From an uncultured virus (IMG/VR IMGVR_UViG_2061766007_000422) (lineage: Duplodnaviria; Heunggongvirae; Uroviricota; Caudoviricetes), in IMG/VR virus record IMGVR_UViG_2061766007_000422: 64,000 nucleotides of DNA; one strand, 5' to 3'. Shown here piece after piece: positions 22,276 to 32,359 of the stretch (position 1 is the first letter of the stretch; every line of letters starts with the position of its first letter). The notes beneath the pieces were generated by a model. That model ran no database searches. It saw nothing but the letters and a program-made list of their open reading frames with translations, and was not told the DNA's origin. The translations under genes were made by a program, and so were the position numbers.

Positions 22276-24144
22276 TCAATTATTCAATACACTAAAATCT
22301 ACATTTTCAAACAAAAATTCTTTTCTTGGTTCAACATCTTCACCCATAAGCATCTTAAGACTTTCTGCCGCGGCTTCTACGTCTTTTACAGAAAGTATCT
22401 CTACTCTGCGTTCAGTAGGATGTAACATAGAAACTTCCATATCCGTGTCACAGAACTCTCCCAACCCTTTCATTCTTGTTTGCTCCCAATTCTCTCGTCC
22501 TTTACGAAGTTTAGCTAATTCAACTTCATCATAAGCAAACACTTTTTTATTACCTTTTTCAAGTTTAAAAAGTGGCGCACGAAGCCAACACAATCTATCT
22601 TCATAGATAAATTTAGGCATTAAAACGTAGAACATAGTTGCAATAAGACACATGATATTATAACCATCCGCATCACCATCAACTGCAATCGCAACTTTAC
22701 CATAATTCAATTTCTTTGAATTATATTTGTTCTGGATGCCGCATCCAAGTGCCATGATAATATCAGAAACTTCTTGGTTCTCAAGGCACTCATCAAGTGG
22801 ATGCTTAAGAAGATTTTTCACCTTTCCGCGCACCGCGTAAAGTGCTTCATTCATTACATTTCGCGCCGGAAGTAAACCATTCAACGCTGAATTACCTTCA
22901 CATATAATTAGCATTGAGTCTTGTCCGTGCTTTTCGCAATCCTTAAACTTATCAGAAGAAGTAACTTTCTGAGATTTTTTTTCATCTGCTTTTTTCTCAA
23001 AGTTAAGAACGCCTTGACGCGCACGTTCAGCCGCGGCTTCGGCCTTTTCCATCTTATCTAAATAAGCTACGAGCATATTAAAATCATTTGTGCGATTTTG
23101 TGCGAATTGCTTAATTGTTTCTGTTATAGCGGCAGAAGTTGCTGTTGCCGCTTCTTTATTGGCCAGTGCAGTTTTTGCTTGATTAGAAAATTGCCCAACT
23201 CGAACTTTTACAGAAACATAGCCATCTAGTAAATTACGAATTGCATCACCATCAAATTTTTTATTTGCGGCATTATTAAATGCACGGGTAAGGGAACTTT
23301 TAAATTGACTTATGAAAGCACCACCATCTGGCATATAAAGGCCATTTGCATAACCACGAATTTGTCCTTTTCTCTTTACCCACTGTAAAGCTAATTCTAC
23401 TTCACAATCGGCAATATTTCCAAAATACTGGAACGGTTTACTAATTGCATTAGTTGTATCAAGACCGTCAATTAAACCATTTTTAGAGATAAAAATTTCT
23501 TCATTCCCGTCTACATTAAGAATGATTTTTAATCCGCGCGAAAAATAAGAAAGCTGCTGTAAAGTTTTAGAAAGGACATTTATATCAATACGAGTATCTT
23601 TCCCATAAACTTTTTCTGAAGGAATATAAGTAATTTTGGTGCCAGTTTCTTTCGTCTTTCCTATAATTGTTACCTCATTATCAGGAACCGCCCCTTCGTC
23701 AGTTTCATGAAATGATTGAAAATAAATATTTCCTTCTCTTTTAACCTCTACTTTAAGCCATTTGGCGGTATGACATACAATTTTATTACCTTGGCCATTA
23801 CAACCAACACTAGAGCTATAAGCTGTCTTATCATCATATTTCGCACCAGAATGAGGAATGAGAAATGCGGCCGTAAGAGAGTTTACGCCATCTTCACGGA
23901 TAGAAGCTGGTATACCCCTCATATTATCCTCTGCACAAATTTCATTGGTTTTTGTGTTTATACTTATTTTGATATAAGCGTTTTTTTGATTTGTTGCCGC
24001 ATATTCATCTTGGGCATTATACACCAATTCACGCAGTCCCAAATCCATCGCTTCTTGGAGGTCAGCAGATAAATACATACCAATACGTTCTCTATACGCA
24101 CGGCCTGGCGATAAAGTTTGAATGTCATTTGCTGAATATTCCAT
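22276..24144 (-). CDS. gyrB: Type IIA topoisomerase subunit B (GyrB/ParE-like)
   Basis: GHKL ELVYNAQDE, DNMRGIP; TOPRIM CEGNSA, RGK, DGDADG, KGLGE. Confidence 0.92.
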   Translation of the reverse strand: MEYSANDIQTLSPGRAYRERIGMYLSADLQEAMDLGLRELVYNAQDEYAATNQKNAYIKISINTKTNEICAEDNMRGIPASIREDGVNSLTAAFLIPHSGAKYDDKTAYSSSVGCNGQGNKIVCHTAKWLKVEVKREGNIYFQSFHETDEGAVPDNEVTIIGKTKETGTKITYIPSEKVYGKDTRIDINVLSKTLQQLSYFSRGLKIILNVDGNEEIFISKNGLIDGLDTTNAISKPFQYFGNIADCEVELALQWVKRKGQIRGYANGLYMPDGGAFISQFKSSLTRAFNNAANKKFDGDAIRNLLDGYVSVKVRVGQFSNQAKTALANKEAATATSAAITETIKQFAQNRTNDFNMLVAYLDKMEKAEAAAERARQGVLNFEKKADEKKSQKVTSSDKFKDCEKHGQDSMLIICEGNSALNGLLPARNVMNEALYAVRGKVKNLLKHPLDECLENQEVSDIIMALGCGIQNKYNSKKLNYGKVAIAVDGDADGYNIMCLIATMFYVLMPKFIYEDRLCWLRAPLFKLEKGNKKVFAYDEVELAKLRKGRENWEQTRMKGLGEFCDTDMEVSMLHPTERRVEILSVKDVEAAAESLKMLMGEDVEPRKEFLFENVDFSVLNN

Positions 24145-24871
24145 TTATAATTTCCTCCAATTTTTCTTCTATTACGTCTTTATAAGTAATATACCATAAT
24201 TTTATATTTTTGTCAAGACAATAATTTAATTTTCTTTCATCATATTGTTTTCTTTGTTTAAAAGCTTCTTCAGTATTCCAACCACGTCTTTTTTCGTCAT
24301 AATGAATATCACCTTGATATTCAATTAAACAATTTAAACTATTATCATCATTAAAAATAGCAAAATCAAATCTCAATTGTCGTCCGCCATCACCTAGTAA
24401 ATCTGAAAATACATATTCTGTACTAAATTTAATTCCTTTTAAGGTTAATAATCTATGAATAGTCATATTTCCTTTTGAATTAATACAACCACAAGAAGAA
24501 GTATCTCCAAAATTTAAATATTGATGTTGTACATGACACCGGTTCCCACAATCACATTGGCAGAGCCATAATCTTCTACGTTTTCCATTATTACTAGTTA
24601 CATAGCCATCTTCTTTTAAAACAACTAATTTTCCAAATCTTTTTCCTGTTAAATCACCGCCACGATTTTGATTACTTTCAATCGCGCGTTCTTTTTGGTA
24701 ACAACCACATGATTTAGTATTACCAGAACGAAGATGCTTCCCTAAAACTATAACCTGATTCCCGCATTTACATTGACAAAGCCATTGTGCCCGTCCGTCT
24801 TTATTATTTTCTGCACGTTCAATAACTGTTAAATATCCATATGTATTTCCAATTTCATTTTTAATAGGCAT
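24125..24871 (-). CDS. Free-standing homing endonuclease (Cys-rich repeats plus Vsr/DUF559-like nuclease)
   Basis: WLCQCKCG...SCGC repeats; LRFDFAI...IEYQGDIH. Confidence 0.8.
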   Translation of the reverse strand: MPIKNEIGNTYGYLTVIERAENNKDGRAQWLCQCKCGNQVIVLGKHLRSGNTKSCGCYQKERAIESNQNRGGDLTGKRFGKLVVLKEDGYVTSNNGKRRRLWLCQCDCGNRCHVQHQYLNFGDTSSCGCINSKGNMTIHRLLTLKGIKFSTEYVFSDLLGDGGRQLRFDFAIFNDDNSLNCLIEYQGDIHYDEKRRGWNTEEAFKQRKQYDERKLNYCLDKNIKLWYITYKDVIEEKLEEIINGIFSK

Positions 24872-24929
24872 AAAATCACCTCAATTTTTATTTTTCTATA
24901 AAAATTGTGGATTCACTGGACTGAATTAT

Positions 24930-25013
24930 TTATATTTTATTCAGTCCTGAAAAATTTACACCCTTACGGAATAATAGGCTTTGAATTGAGTTAATATCAT
25001 AATTCTCGGGCAT
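24930..25013 (-). pseudogene. Orphan GyrB-like N-terminal fragment (27 aa)
   Basis: Promoter plus GGAGG RBS; MPENYDINSIQSLLFRKGV matches the GyrB start pattern Y...SIQ.L...GV. Confidence 0.6.
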
Positions 25014-25077
25014 TTTCTCATTCCTCCTTTTTGTTACTTTTATTATAGCATAATTTTAAAAAGAAGTCAAATCTTTA

Positions 25078-25323
25078 TTATTTGCTTTCTTCATATTTAT
25101 AATTATATTTTTTTAGTAATGTATCAATCATAAGTTGCCTATCTCTATTAAATTGATTGGTGTTTAAGCGTTCAATAATATCTTCTTTACTAGCCGGGAT
25201 AAAATCATCATCTAGCATTGCGGCAAGACATCCTCTACCACCAAACCAGCAAATCGCGCATTCTTTGCCTTCAAATCCACACATACTAATAATCTCCTCT
25301 ATTAAGTCAAAATTGTCTCGCAT
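25078..25323 (-). CDS. Hypothetical protein
   Basis: ORF coupled to neighbours; Cys cluster. Confidence 0.5.
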   Translation of the reverse strand: MRDNFDLIEEIISMCGFEGKECAICWFGGRGCLAAMLDDDFIPASKEDIIERLNTNQFNRDRQLMIDTLLKKYNYKYEESK

Positions 25324-25766
25324 TTAATTCCATTCTCATACATATATAAATCATCTTTTTCTAAATGGTCTACTATCCAATCTAAATCCTTTTCTAAATT
25401 ATTTATATCTGTATTTTTAAAATAATCACAACCCCAAAATGTCATTATTGAAGTGGGCGCGTCTGTGGTTTGAAGTACAGCAATAGGTTTATGAAGTCCA
25501 AAGGCGTATCCTTGCTCCCAATTTGTTCCTGCGGTTGAATTTCTGCCCATACTAATTACAAGCATTACGTTACTTTTTTCAATCGCTTCTGTATCTGCGG
25601 CAAAAACTCTCATCGCCCAATCTTCCTGAGAATAATCCCAAGCATTTTCAATTTTAAGTTCCCAAGGACAATAAATTTCAATATTTTTTTCTCGTAGTAT
25701 AGCCGCGATTTTAATCATAATCGCGCGATTATCGTGGTCACAAGGGCCGGCAAGATAAATTTTCAT
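25302..25766 (-). CDS. Nucleoside 2-deoxyribosyltransferase family protein
   Basis: KIYLAGP, YCPW, D.EAI..S, STAGTNWEQGYA. Confidence 0.82.
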   Translation of the reverse strand: MKIYLAGPCDHDNRAIMIKIAAILREKNIEIYCPWELKIENAWDYSQEDWAMRVFAADTEAIEKSNVMLVISMGRNSTAGTNWEQGYAFGLHKPIAVLQTTDAPTSIMTFWGCDYFKNTDINNLEKDLDWIVDHLEKDDLYMYENGIKCETILT

Positions 25767-25782
25767 TTTTCTTTTTCCTTTC

Positions 25783-26004
25783 TTAAAATCCACCCATATA
25801 TTCTTCATTATCGTTAGGTACGACTTCTTCTACAAATTGCTCTATTACTTTAATTGCTTCATCATCTTCAACATAAAATGCGTCACGCCCAAGACTAATG
25901 ACTGTTACATCATCTATTAATTGAAAGAATCGCAAATCTGGAACTTGTTTCCAAGCAGTTGCTAAACGTTGACAAAATTCATCAATTCTTGCCGCATCTC
26001 TCAT
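25783..26004 (-). CDS. Conserved small phage protein
   Basis: MRD..RIDEF...L...W..VPDLRF.QL motif. Confidence 0.6.
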   Translation of the reverse strand: MRDAARIDEFCQRLATAWKQVPDLRFFQLIDDVTVISLGRDAFYVEDDEAIKVIEQFVEEVVPNDNEEYMGGF

Positions 26005-26006
26005 AG

Positions 26007-26387
26007 TTAAATCTCCTTATATCCAAGTTCATTTAATACCGTCCATAAACATTCACCTAGTAAGTGGCATCTAATGGTACAATCAGCAAAGCGTGCGACA
26101 GTATGATTTTCTTTATGCTCTTTTACATGTTCAATCAATTCTGCTTCAAGTTCGCCAAATTCAGATAAAGCTTCAAAAAGTAAATCTAAATTATGACAAA
26201 TATATTCTTCACAATTATGCTCAGAATCATACCAGTCACCGCCATTACCAGTAACATCGCTTATCCAAAGCTGGTCATAGGCATCTTCATATATAGAGTC
26301 AAAGGTATCATCTTCATTAAAATCAAAGTCATTAAACCATTCTCGTATATCTGCTTTTATTACTTCTCTATAATTATACTTTTCCAT
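26007..26387 (-). CDS. Acidic hypothetical protein
   Basis: ORF with RBS, VTGNG motif. Confidence 0.6.
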   Translation of the reverse strand: MEKYNYREVIKADIREWFNDFDFNEDDTFDSIYEDAYDQLWISDVTGNGGDWYDSEHNCEEYICHNLDLLFEALSEFGELEAELIEHVKEHKENHTVARFADCTIRCHLLGECLWTVLNELGYKEI

Positions 26388-26677
26388 TAGTCCTCCAATG
26401 TAGCAGAAAAGCCAACAATGTTCTGATTACTCATACCGAAATAAAACTCTAAAAATTTATCTACATTTTGTATCATTATAGGATGCTGTGAAATTTCTGG
26501 GTCACCGCTCATAATATCATCATAGCTACAAATTGCCACTTCATAAATACCATAACGATTTGCTTTTTCACGAAGTCGTTCTGGATTATTAGAAGCTATA
26601 ACTGCTTTCATATCACGAGCGGCCGCAAGTAGTTCGCGCGCCTTACCGCTATCGCGCTTTCTTACTATTATTTTCAT
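26387..26677 (-). CDS. Small P-loop-like protein
   Basis: IIVRKRDSGKA Walker-A-like start. Confidence 0.5.
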   Translation of the reverse strand: MKIIVRKRDSGKARELLAAARDMKAVIASNNPERLREKANRYGIYEVAICSYDDIMSGDPEISQHPIMIQNVDKFLEFYFGMSNQNIVGFSATLED

Positions 26678-27075
26678 ACTAATGCTCCTGATTTTATATA
26701 TAATTTTAGTCTATCTACATAAGGCCAATCATTAAAGTAGGCATAAATTTTTTCGCGCATATCATTTGGTGCGACAAGAAGAAAATTACCTACTGTAAAG
26801 AATGCCGCATCTACTAAATTTGGTTTAATACCCACTTTATTGAATAAATTCATTTCACACATTCTTTTGAATGTCATTGTGACTGGAATTTCATATTCTT
26901 CATTGTGGTCATCTGGTTTAGTGCGCGTTAGATACTTATTTATTATGTAATAACAAGCATATAAACCTTTAATAGATAGGGTTTTTGTGTGGCGCAAGCG
27001 CCATTTAAAGATTTTAGTTTTAAAATACTTTATCCAATATATTATTTTTCTTTTCATACTTTTATTATACTCCAA
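26674..27075 (-). CDS. Hypothetical protein
   Basis: ORF in operon; start uncertain. Confidence 0.5.
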   Translation of the reverse strand: MEYNKSMKRKIIYWIKYFKTKIFKWRLRHTKTLSIKGLYACYYIINKYLTRTKPDDHNEEYEIPVTMTFKRMCEMNLFNKVGIKPNLVDAAFFTVGNFLLVAPNDMREKIYAYFNDWPYVDRLKLYIKSGALV

Positions 27076-27088
27076 TTTAAATAAAAAG

Positions 27089-27391
27089 TCAAGTTTTATT
27101 TTTACTATTGAAATAAGCGATAAGTGAAGAAGGATTGGTGTGAGTGACTGAAATTATGCGCCCTTCACCATCTAAGGCCACATAATTCATCATTTCACAA
27201 AAATCACAATAATCTTCACGATACTTGGCGCGCGGCCACTTATTTGGAAATTTAATCGGATGCTGCGCTCGCCATTTGTGACATTTTTCTATTGCCTCTT
27301 CTGGACAAAGCATTTCAAAAGTGCATTTATGCTGGTGATAGCGCCCGTCTTCATTTTCTAATTTCATTTTTTTCTCCTTTCTGCGAAGCAT
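27089..27391 (-). CDS. Hypothetical protein
   Basis: AAAGGAG RBS before internal ATG near 27367. Confidence 0.5.
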   Translation of the reverse strand: MLRRKEKKMKLENEDGRYHQHKCTFEMLCPEEAIEKCHKWRAQHPIKFPNKWPRAKYREDYCDFCEMMNYVALDGEGRIISVTHTNPSSLIAYFNSKNKT

Positions 27392-27670
27392 TCATAATTT
27401 TTCTGTGAAGCGCGAAGCGCGTAGCAGAAAAATTATGAACAGGTAGGAAAATCCTACTAGTGCAATATTATTTTTATTGTTTATATTATGTTATATTATT
27501 ATGTTTATATTATGTTATAGGTAGGAAATCCTTACTATACGAAGGTAGGAAAATCCTACTATATGAAATAGGTAAAACTCCACTATATGAAGGTCGGAAA
27601 TCCTTACTATACGAAAAAATTTTATATAGCCTAGTTTTCCTACTTATTAAATAGGTAGGAAAATCCGACT
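27391..27670. repeat. Iteron-like repeat region / putative replication origin
   Basis: 15-bp perfect inverted repeat (27391-27405/27425-27439); four tandem 24-mers resembling GAAGGTAGGAAAATCCTACTATAT (27517-27612) plus copies at 27441, 27651 and an inverted one near 27631-27646; AT-rich TATTATGTT repeats near 27466-27518. Confidence 0.75.
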
Positions 27671-28002
27671 TATTCAAAAGCGTCAAGCCGCACAGTAATT
27701 GAAACATAATCAACAATTTCTAAAATTCCTTTTTCAACTAATTTCTTTCTTCTTTCAAGATATGTATCGTGAGACATACCTGTTCTATCAAGTATCCATC
27801 TTTCAGAAGGATGGAATGGTTTAGTTGGGTCATTTGTTTGTCCAATTAGTAAAATTAAAAGTAATCTATCATTAGCTGTTAGTCCTTTCATTGTGCCTAT
27901 TTTAACTAACAATCTATCTGCAACACTAATACGTTGCTCATTTTGTTCTTTCCATTTTGCGCCTTTAATATATAAAGCAGGCGCGTTTCCTGTATTAGCC
28001 AT
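27670..28002 (-). CDS. Winged-helix protein, replication-initiator-like
   Basis: LTANDRLLL...PSERWILDRTGMS..TY...RKKLVEKGIL pattern; abuts the repeat array. Confidence 0.6.
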   Translation of the reverse strand: MANTGNAPALYIKGAKWKEQNEQRISVADRLLVKIGTMKGLTANDRLLLILLIGQTNDPTKPFHPSERWILDRTGMSHDTYLERRKKLVEKGILEIVDYVSITVRLDAFE

Positions 28003-28029
28003 AACTGAACCTCCTGAACGTCCTGTATT

Positions 28030-28215
28030 TTAGGACTGCTTCGCGCGCTGAACTGCTATTGGAATAGCGGCACGAAATTCTGGTGTATCTTCAAACCAAT
28101 AAACATCATATTGTGGTTTCTTGATATTTGGAGTTACCTTTTTAATTTGAAATCCCATTTCGCGCAATGCTACTGCGACGCGAGGCATAAAAATATTATA
28201 TAATTTATTTTCCAT
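28030..28215 (-). CDS. Small protein, DUF5659-like
   Basis: IF..RVA..L...GF.I....PN...P...VY.FEDT pattern. Confidence 0.55.
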   Translation of the reverse strand: MENKLYNIFMPRVAVALREMGFQIKKVTPNIKKPQYDVYWFEDTPEFRAAIPIAVQRAKQS

Positions 28216-28390
28216 ATTCTTCCATCTTCCTTTCCATACGAAGCAATAATGCTGTGGATGGATCATCTTTCCGATGCAATATTTTATTTAAATGAGAACG
28301 GCTTATTCCTAAATCAGCGGCTGCGGCCGCCTGAGTAGGATAATGGGTTTTTATAAAATTTTTATATTTTTCAATAATCTCTTCAATCAA
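28205..28390 (-). CDS. XRE/Cro-type HTH regulator
   Basis: TQAAAAADLGISRSHLNKIL. Confidence 0.8.
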   Translation of the reverse strand: MIEEIIEKYKNFIKTHYPTQAAAAADLGISRSHLNKILHRKDDPSTALLLRMERKMEEYGK

Positions 28391-28437
28391 TTAAATCACC
28401 TCCATAAAAGTGAGAATACTCCCAACATTGGATTAAA

Positions 28438-28476
28438 AGAAAAGATTACCTTTTCTATCATAGAAAAGGTATTATC
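28438..28476 (-). terminator. Intrinsic terminator
   Basis: ACCTTTTCTA-TGA-TAGAAAAGGT stem then AATCTTTTTCTTTT. Confidence 0.55.
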
Positions 28477-28502
28477 TCTTCTTCAATTCTACTATAAATT
28501 AT

Positions 28503-29693
28503 TTATTCGCTAGCAAAATTATCAAAATATCCCTGAACTAATACAATCGGCGTTCCTTTATCTCCAGAACCACTCGTAAGGTCGCAAAGCGAACCAAGCA
28601 AATCAGTTATACGGCGCGGAGTAGTCCCTTCAGAAGACATATTTCCTACAAGATTTTTATCCTTATTTTGTATAGATTCAACTAATTTTTCGCGCAGTTC
28701 ATCGCCCTTAAATGCGCCAAAATCATTATCTGCGAGATACTTAATCTTCAATTCATTAGGTGTTCCCGCGAGTCCATCGGTATATGCCGGTGAAACTACT
28801 GGGTCGGCAAATTCCCAAATTTCGCCCATTGGGTCTTTGAAGGCACCATCACCATAAATCATGACTTCAATTTTCTTTCCTGTAAGTGCGAACATTTTCT
28901 GCTGAATTTCTTTTACAAAATCCTGTCCATTTATAGGAAACAATTTTACTTTTTCTTCTGTTGCCTTATTAGAACCAAGTAATCCATATTGAGGATTATA
29001 ACCTGAACCATTAACAGAATGATTCATTATTTCATCTATTCCAATAAAGTTTTCAATGCCAACACCTTTAAGCTGATTAATTGTATTTGTGCGAGAATGT
29101 ATATCGCAAACGATAACCATATCCGCGCCAAATAATTTTACATCTGGGCTATTATGAAACACAACTTCACATTCTGTGTTTTCAGACTCTACAATGCTCT
29201 TATAATAAGTTACATAATCAATTCCAGTAAAGGGATGCTTATTTTCACCAAAATAGTTTCTATATTCTCTTAAAGACAAGCGGGTAGTATAGGGATTTAT
29301 ATTATACTTATATAAATCTCTTCTATCAATTAACTGATTACCCACTTCATCTGTTGGATAAGATAGTTGTAATATGATTTTCTTTGTGCCTCGCGCAATT
29401 CCTCTCAAACATACCGCAAATCTATTGCGCGAAAGAATAGGAAATAAAATACCAATAGTGCCGCCGCCCGTTTTTTCACGCACATCAGCCGCGATTTGGT
29501 CTACTGTTGCATAATTGCCTTGCGCCCGTGCAACTACGGATTCAGTAATGGCAATTACATCTTTATCATGAAATTCAAATTCTTCATTTTTCTGTGCATT
29601 TGTAACACTATCAAGCACGATTTGAGTTAAATCATCGCCTTCACAAATAATGGGGCATCTAATGCCCCTTACAGTTGTCCCTACACATCTCAT
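28503..29693 (-). CDS. F420-0:gamma-glutamyl ligase (CofE-like) family protein
   Basis: GIRCPII.EGDDL, AITESVVARAQG, GDGAFKD, LCDLTSGSGDKGTP. Confidence 0.78.
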   Translation of the reverse strand: MRCVGTTVRGIRCPIICEGDDLTQIVLDSVTNAQKNEEFEFHDKDVIAITESVVARAQGNYATVDQIAADVREKTGGGTIGILFPILSRNRFAVCLRGIARGTKKIILQLSYPTDEVGNQLIDRRDLYKYNINPYTTRLSLREYRNYFGENKHPFTGIDYVTYYKSIVESENTECEVVFHNSPDVKLFGADMVIVCDIHSRTNTINQLKGVGIENFIGIDEIMNHSVNGSGYNPQYGLLGSNKATEEKVKLFPINGQDFVKEIQQKMFALTGKKIEVMIYGDGAFKDPMGEIWEFADPVVSPAYTDGLAGTPNELKIKYLADNDFGAFKGDELREKLVESIQNKDKNLVGNMSSEGTTPRRITDLLGSLCDLTSGSGDKGTPIVLVQGYFDNFASE

Positions 29694-29695
29694 AA

Positions 29696-30175
29696 TTAAA
29701 ATTTACCTTCTCTTACAAAATTGCGTAACTGTTCTATGGAAGTGAAAATAGTACCATCATTGTATGATTCTTCATCAAAATGCATTGCTACATCTTCAAC
29801 TGTAACAGTCTTTCCATATTCATCTGGCGCGATAATTGTATCATAAACGCCGTCAAACGCTTCTTCCCAACCAAAATCTTCACTATAAACCATAGGAATA
29901 AAATTATCATAATCATCTACAGTTAAATAGCCGGATACACGATAATAAGAAAATGTCCAGCATTCAAATTTATGGTCGCCCATATAGCGCACAAAATTAA
30001 AATATCCTTCTTGTGGAAGAGTAAAAGGTGGTACAACCCATTCGTCTGCATCTGCTAGCTGCTCGATATTATCACAAATAAAACTGCTTTCACAATCATA
30101 AAATCCTACAAGAGTTTCATGCATAGGATAATTTTCCATTGCTTCTTTAAGCTTCATAATTTTTCTCCTTACCAA
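29696..30175 (-). CDS. Acidic hypothetical protein
   Basis: ORF in operon. Confidence 0.55.
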   Translation of the reverse strand: MVRRKIMKLKEAMENYPMHETLVGFYDCESSFICDNIEQLADADEWVVPPFTLPQEGYFNFVRYMGDHKFECWTFSYYRVSGYLTVDDYDNFIPMVYSEDFGWEEAFDGVYDTIIAPDEYGKTVTVEDVAMHFDEESYNDGTIFTSIEQLRNFVREGKF

Positions 30176-30525
30176 TCACATTCATAAAAAAGTTTCAATC
30201 CTGCATCTTCAAGTTCATCATAATGGTCATAGACTTCGCATAGTGCCGAAACACTTTTAAATTCATCCCAATAATCGCGATGAAAACAGCAAAAGATAAT
30301 TATCTCTTTAAGCATTTCCTTATCTACTTCAATATATTCACCGCATTCATAAGGTTCGGGAAGAGAACTAGAAATGAAATTCTGTAGAGCATAAAACTTG
30401 CGCCAATAGACGAGTTCACCCCCAAGAGTCCATTTATTCTCTTCATCTTCAATTCTATTCCAATAATTATCTGATTGAAGTTCTTTTTTACTATGCGCCG
30501 AGTACAGATATGCATCCATTCCCAT
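30169..30525 (-). CDS. Conserved phage hypothetical protein
   Basis: MGMDAYL...YWRK motif; own promoter. Confidence 0.6.
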   Translation of the reverse strand: MGMDAYLYSAHSKKELQSDNYWNRIEDEENKWTLGGELVYWRKFYALQNFISSSLPEPYECGEYIEVDKEMLKEIIIFCCFHRDYWDEFKSVSALCEVYDHYDELEDAGLKLFYECDW

Positions 30526-30587
30526 AATTTTTTCTTCCTTTCTTTTTTTCTAAAATTATTATACTATAAATTTGGGAAAAAGTCAAA

Positions 30588-30613
30588 TACTAGAGAGGAT
30601 TACTCCTCTCTAG
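30588..30613 (-). terminator. Intrinsic terminator
   Basis: CTAGAGAGGA-GTAA-TCCTCTCTAG then TATTT. Confidence 0.65.
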
Positions 30614-32349
30614 TTTGTAATGGTATAAATTTCAATGTCTCGCCGCGCACAACGCCTTTATCGGTAATTATGACACCCGGTCGTACAGGCAGCGCAAGAA
30701 TTGCTATTGCAAGAAGCATAGGACTAGTGTTATTAGAAGCATAATCTACCCATTTATTCATTTCTTCAATGCTGCGCGCAATTTCTGGCGCGGTTAATTG
30801 TGACATAAGACCCGCGACAGGGAGGGGCAATGAATATTTCACTTCCCCATCTTCTACAAAACACATACCGCCNNNNNNNNNNNNNNNNNNNNNNNNNNNN
30901 NNNNNNNNNATGACGATATGCAATTGTCATATTGTGAGAATCATGAGATATAGTAGAAGCAATACAACCATGATATAGATTAAAATCACTACAAATAACA
31001 GTAGTAATATCACCCGAACCATATCTATTTACAATGCTAATATATTGGTATGTATCTAAATCCGGTATAGCAACTTTTCCTTTATGAATAGGAAAATGTT
31101 TATATACTAATGGCTGATTAGGCATCATACTAGCGCGAGAAGCACTAAAAACTAGCTGCTTCGCATTTTCATCATCACAAAATACACCAAATACATTTGG
31201 CGAAGTAACTTGTGGAATATTTACAGTATTTGTGCGGAATAGCGGCGTCTCCATTACATCTAAAGGCGCAATAATAGGCTGTCCTGCTACAAGAACTACT
31301 TCAGGACGCTTATCAAATTGTAAATCCTTTACAATTTGTATATCGGCCACATAACCAGGCGCTATTATTCCAACATCTTCAAATCGTAGTTCGCGCGCCG
31401 CATTTATAGTGCCAAAACGAATAGCATCTATTGGCTCAATACCGCCTTTAATACATTCATTGACAATGTGATTAATATGTCCAGTAGTAAGTAAATCGGC
31501 CGCATGAACATCATCTGTGCATAGAGATACGAAATCATGAATTGGAATAGATTTTATTCCTTCAATAAATTCTTGTACTGTATCAGAAAGAGAAGAAGAT
31601 TTGATGTTAATGTGCATACCAAGTCTTAATTTCTCTTGTAACTCATCAGCAACTCTGGTTTCATGGTCGCTTACTGGGCCACCGCAAAGATAGGCGCATA
31701 ATTCATCGCCTCTTACATATGGCGCATGGCCCTGCAAGAAGCCATTAGCATTTTCACCTGCTTCAATAATATTAACCATTCTGGTGTCATTGTTCATAAC
31801 GCCAAGATAATCCATTATTTCTGCTACGCCAATTACCTTATCTTCATCAAGTAATTCTTCAATTTCTTTTGCGCCAAAACTTGCGCCCGCACTTTCAACG
31901 CTAGGAACGGCAGGAACACAACTGGGGGCAAGAGTAAATATACGAAGTGGTGAATGCGTGGCGCTTTCAAGCATATATTTTACGCCTTCTATGCCCATTA
32001 CATTAGCAATTTCATGTGGGTCGGTTACTGCGGTAGTAGTACCCCATAATACCGCGGCCTTGCCGAAATTTTCGGGTATCATCATTGTAGACTCAACGTG
32101 CATGTGTGTGTCTATGAAGCCAGGAAGCACATAATTGTTTTTACAATCAAAATGCTGTTTTGCATAAGCTTCTTCACCGTTCATACGAACACGAGTAATT
32201 ATACCATCTGTAATATCTATACCGGCAGGATAAATTTCACCAGTAATAACATTTACTAATTGCGCGTTATCAAGGGCAAGGTCGCACTGGATTTTGCCCA
32301 GTGCGGCCTGCGTAAGATGAGCGCGATGCTTATCTTTAATAATTCTCAT
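30600..32349 (-). CDS. ade: Adenine deaminase (split by N gap near 30873-30909)
   Basis: PGFIDTHMHVES, DPHEIANV, GHAP, SDHE, CTDD, SHDSHN, LPVAGLMS. Confidence 0.92.
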
Positions 32350-32359
32350 TTTTTACTCC

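Noticed and set aside
24930..25013. Second group I intron splitting gyrB
   Set aside because: No P4/P7 core sequences, and the downstream gyrB has its own complete N-terminus and RBS
27441..27670. 24-bp repeats as a CRISPR array
   Set aside because: Units are directly tandem with no unique spacers, and no cas genes are present
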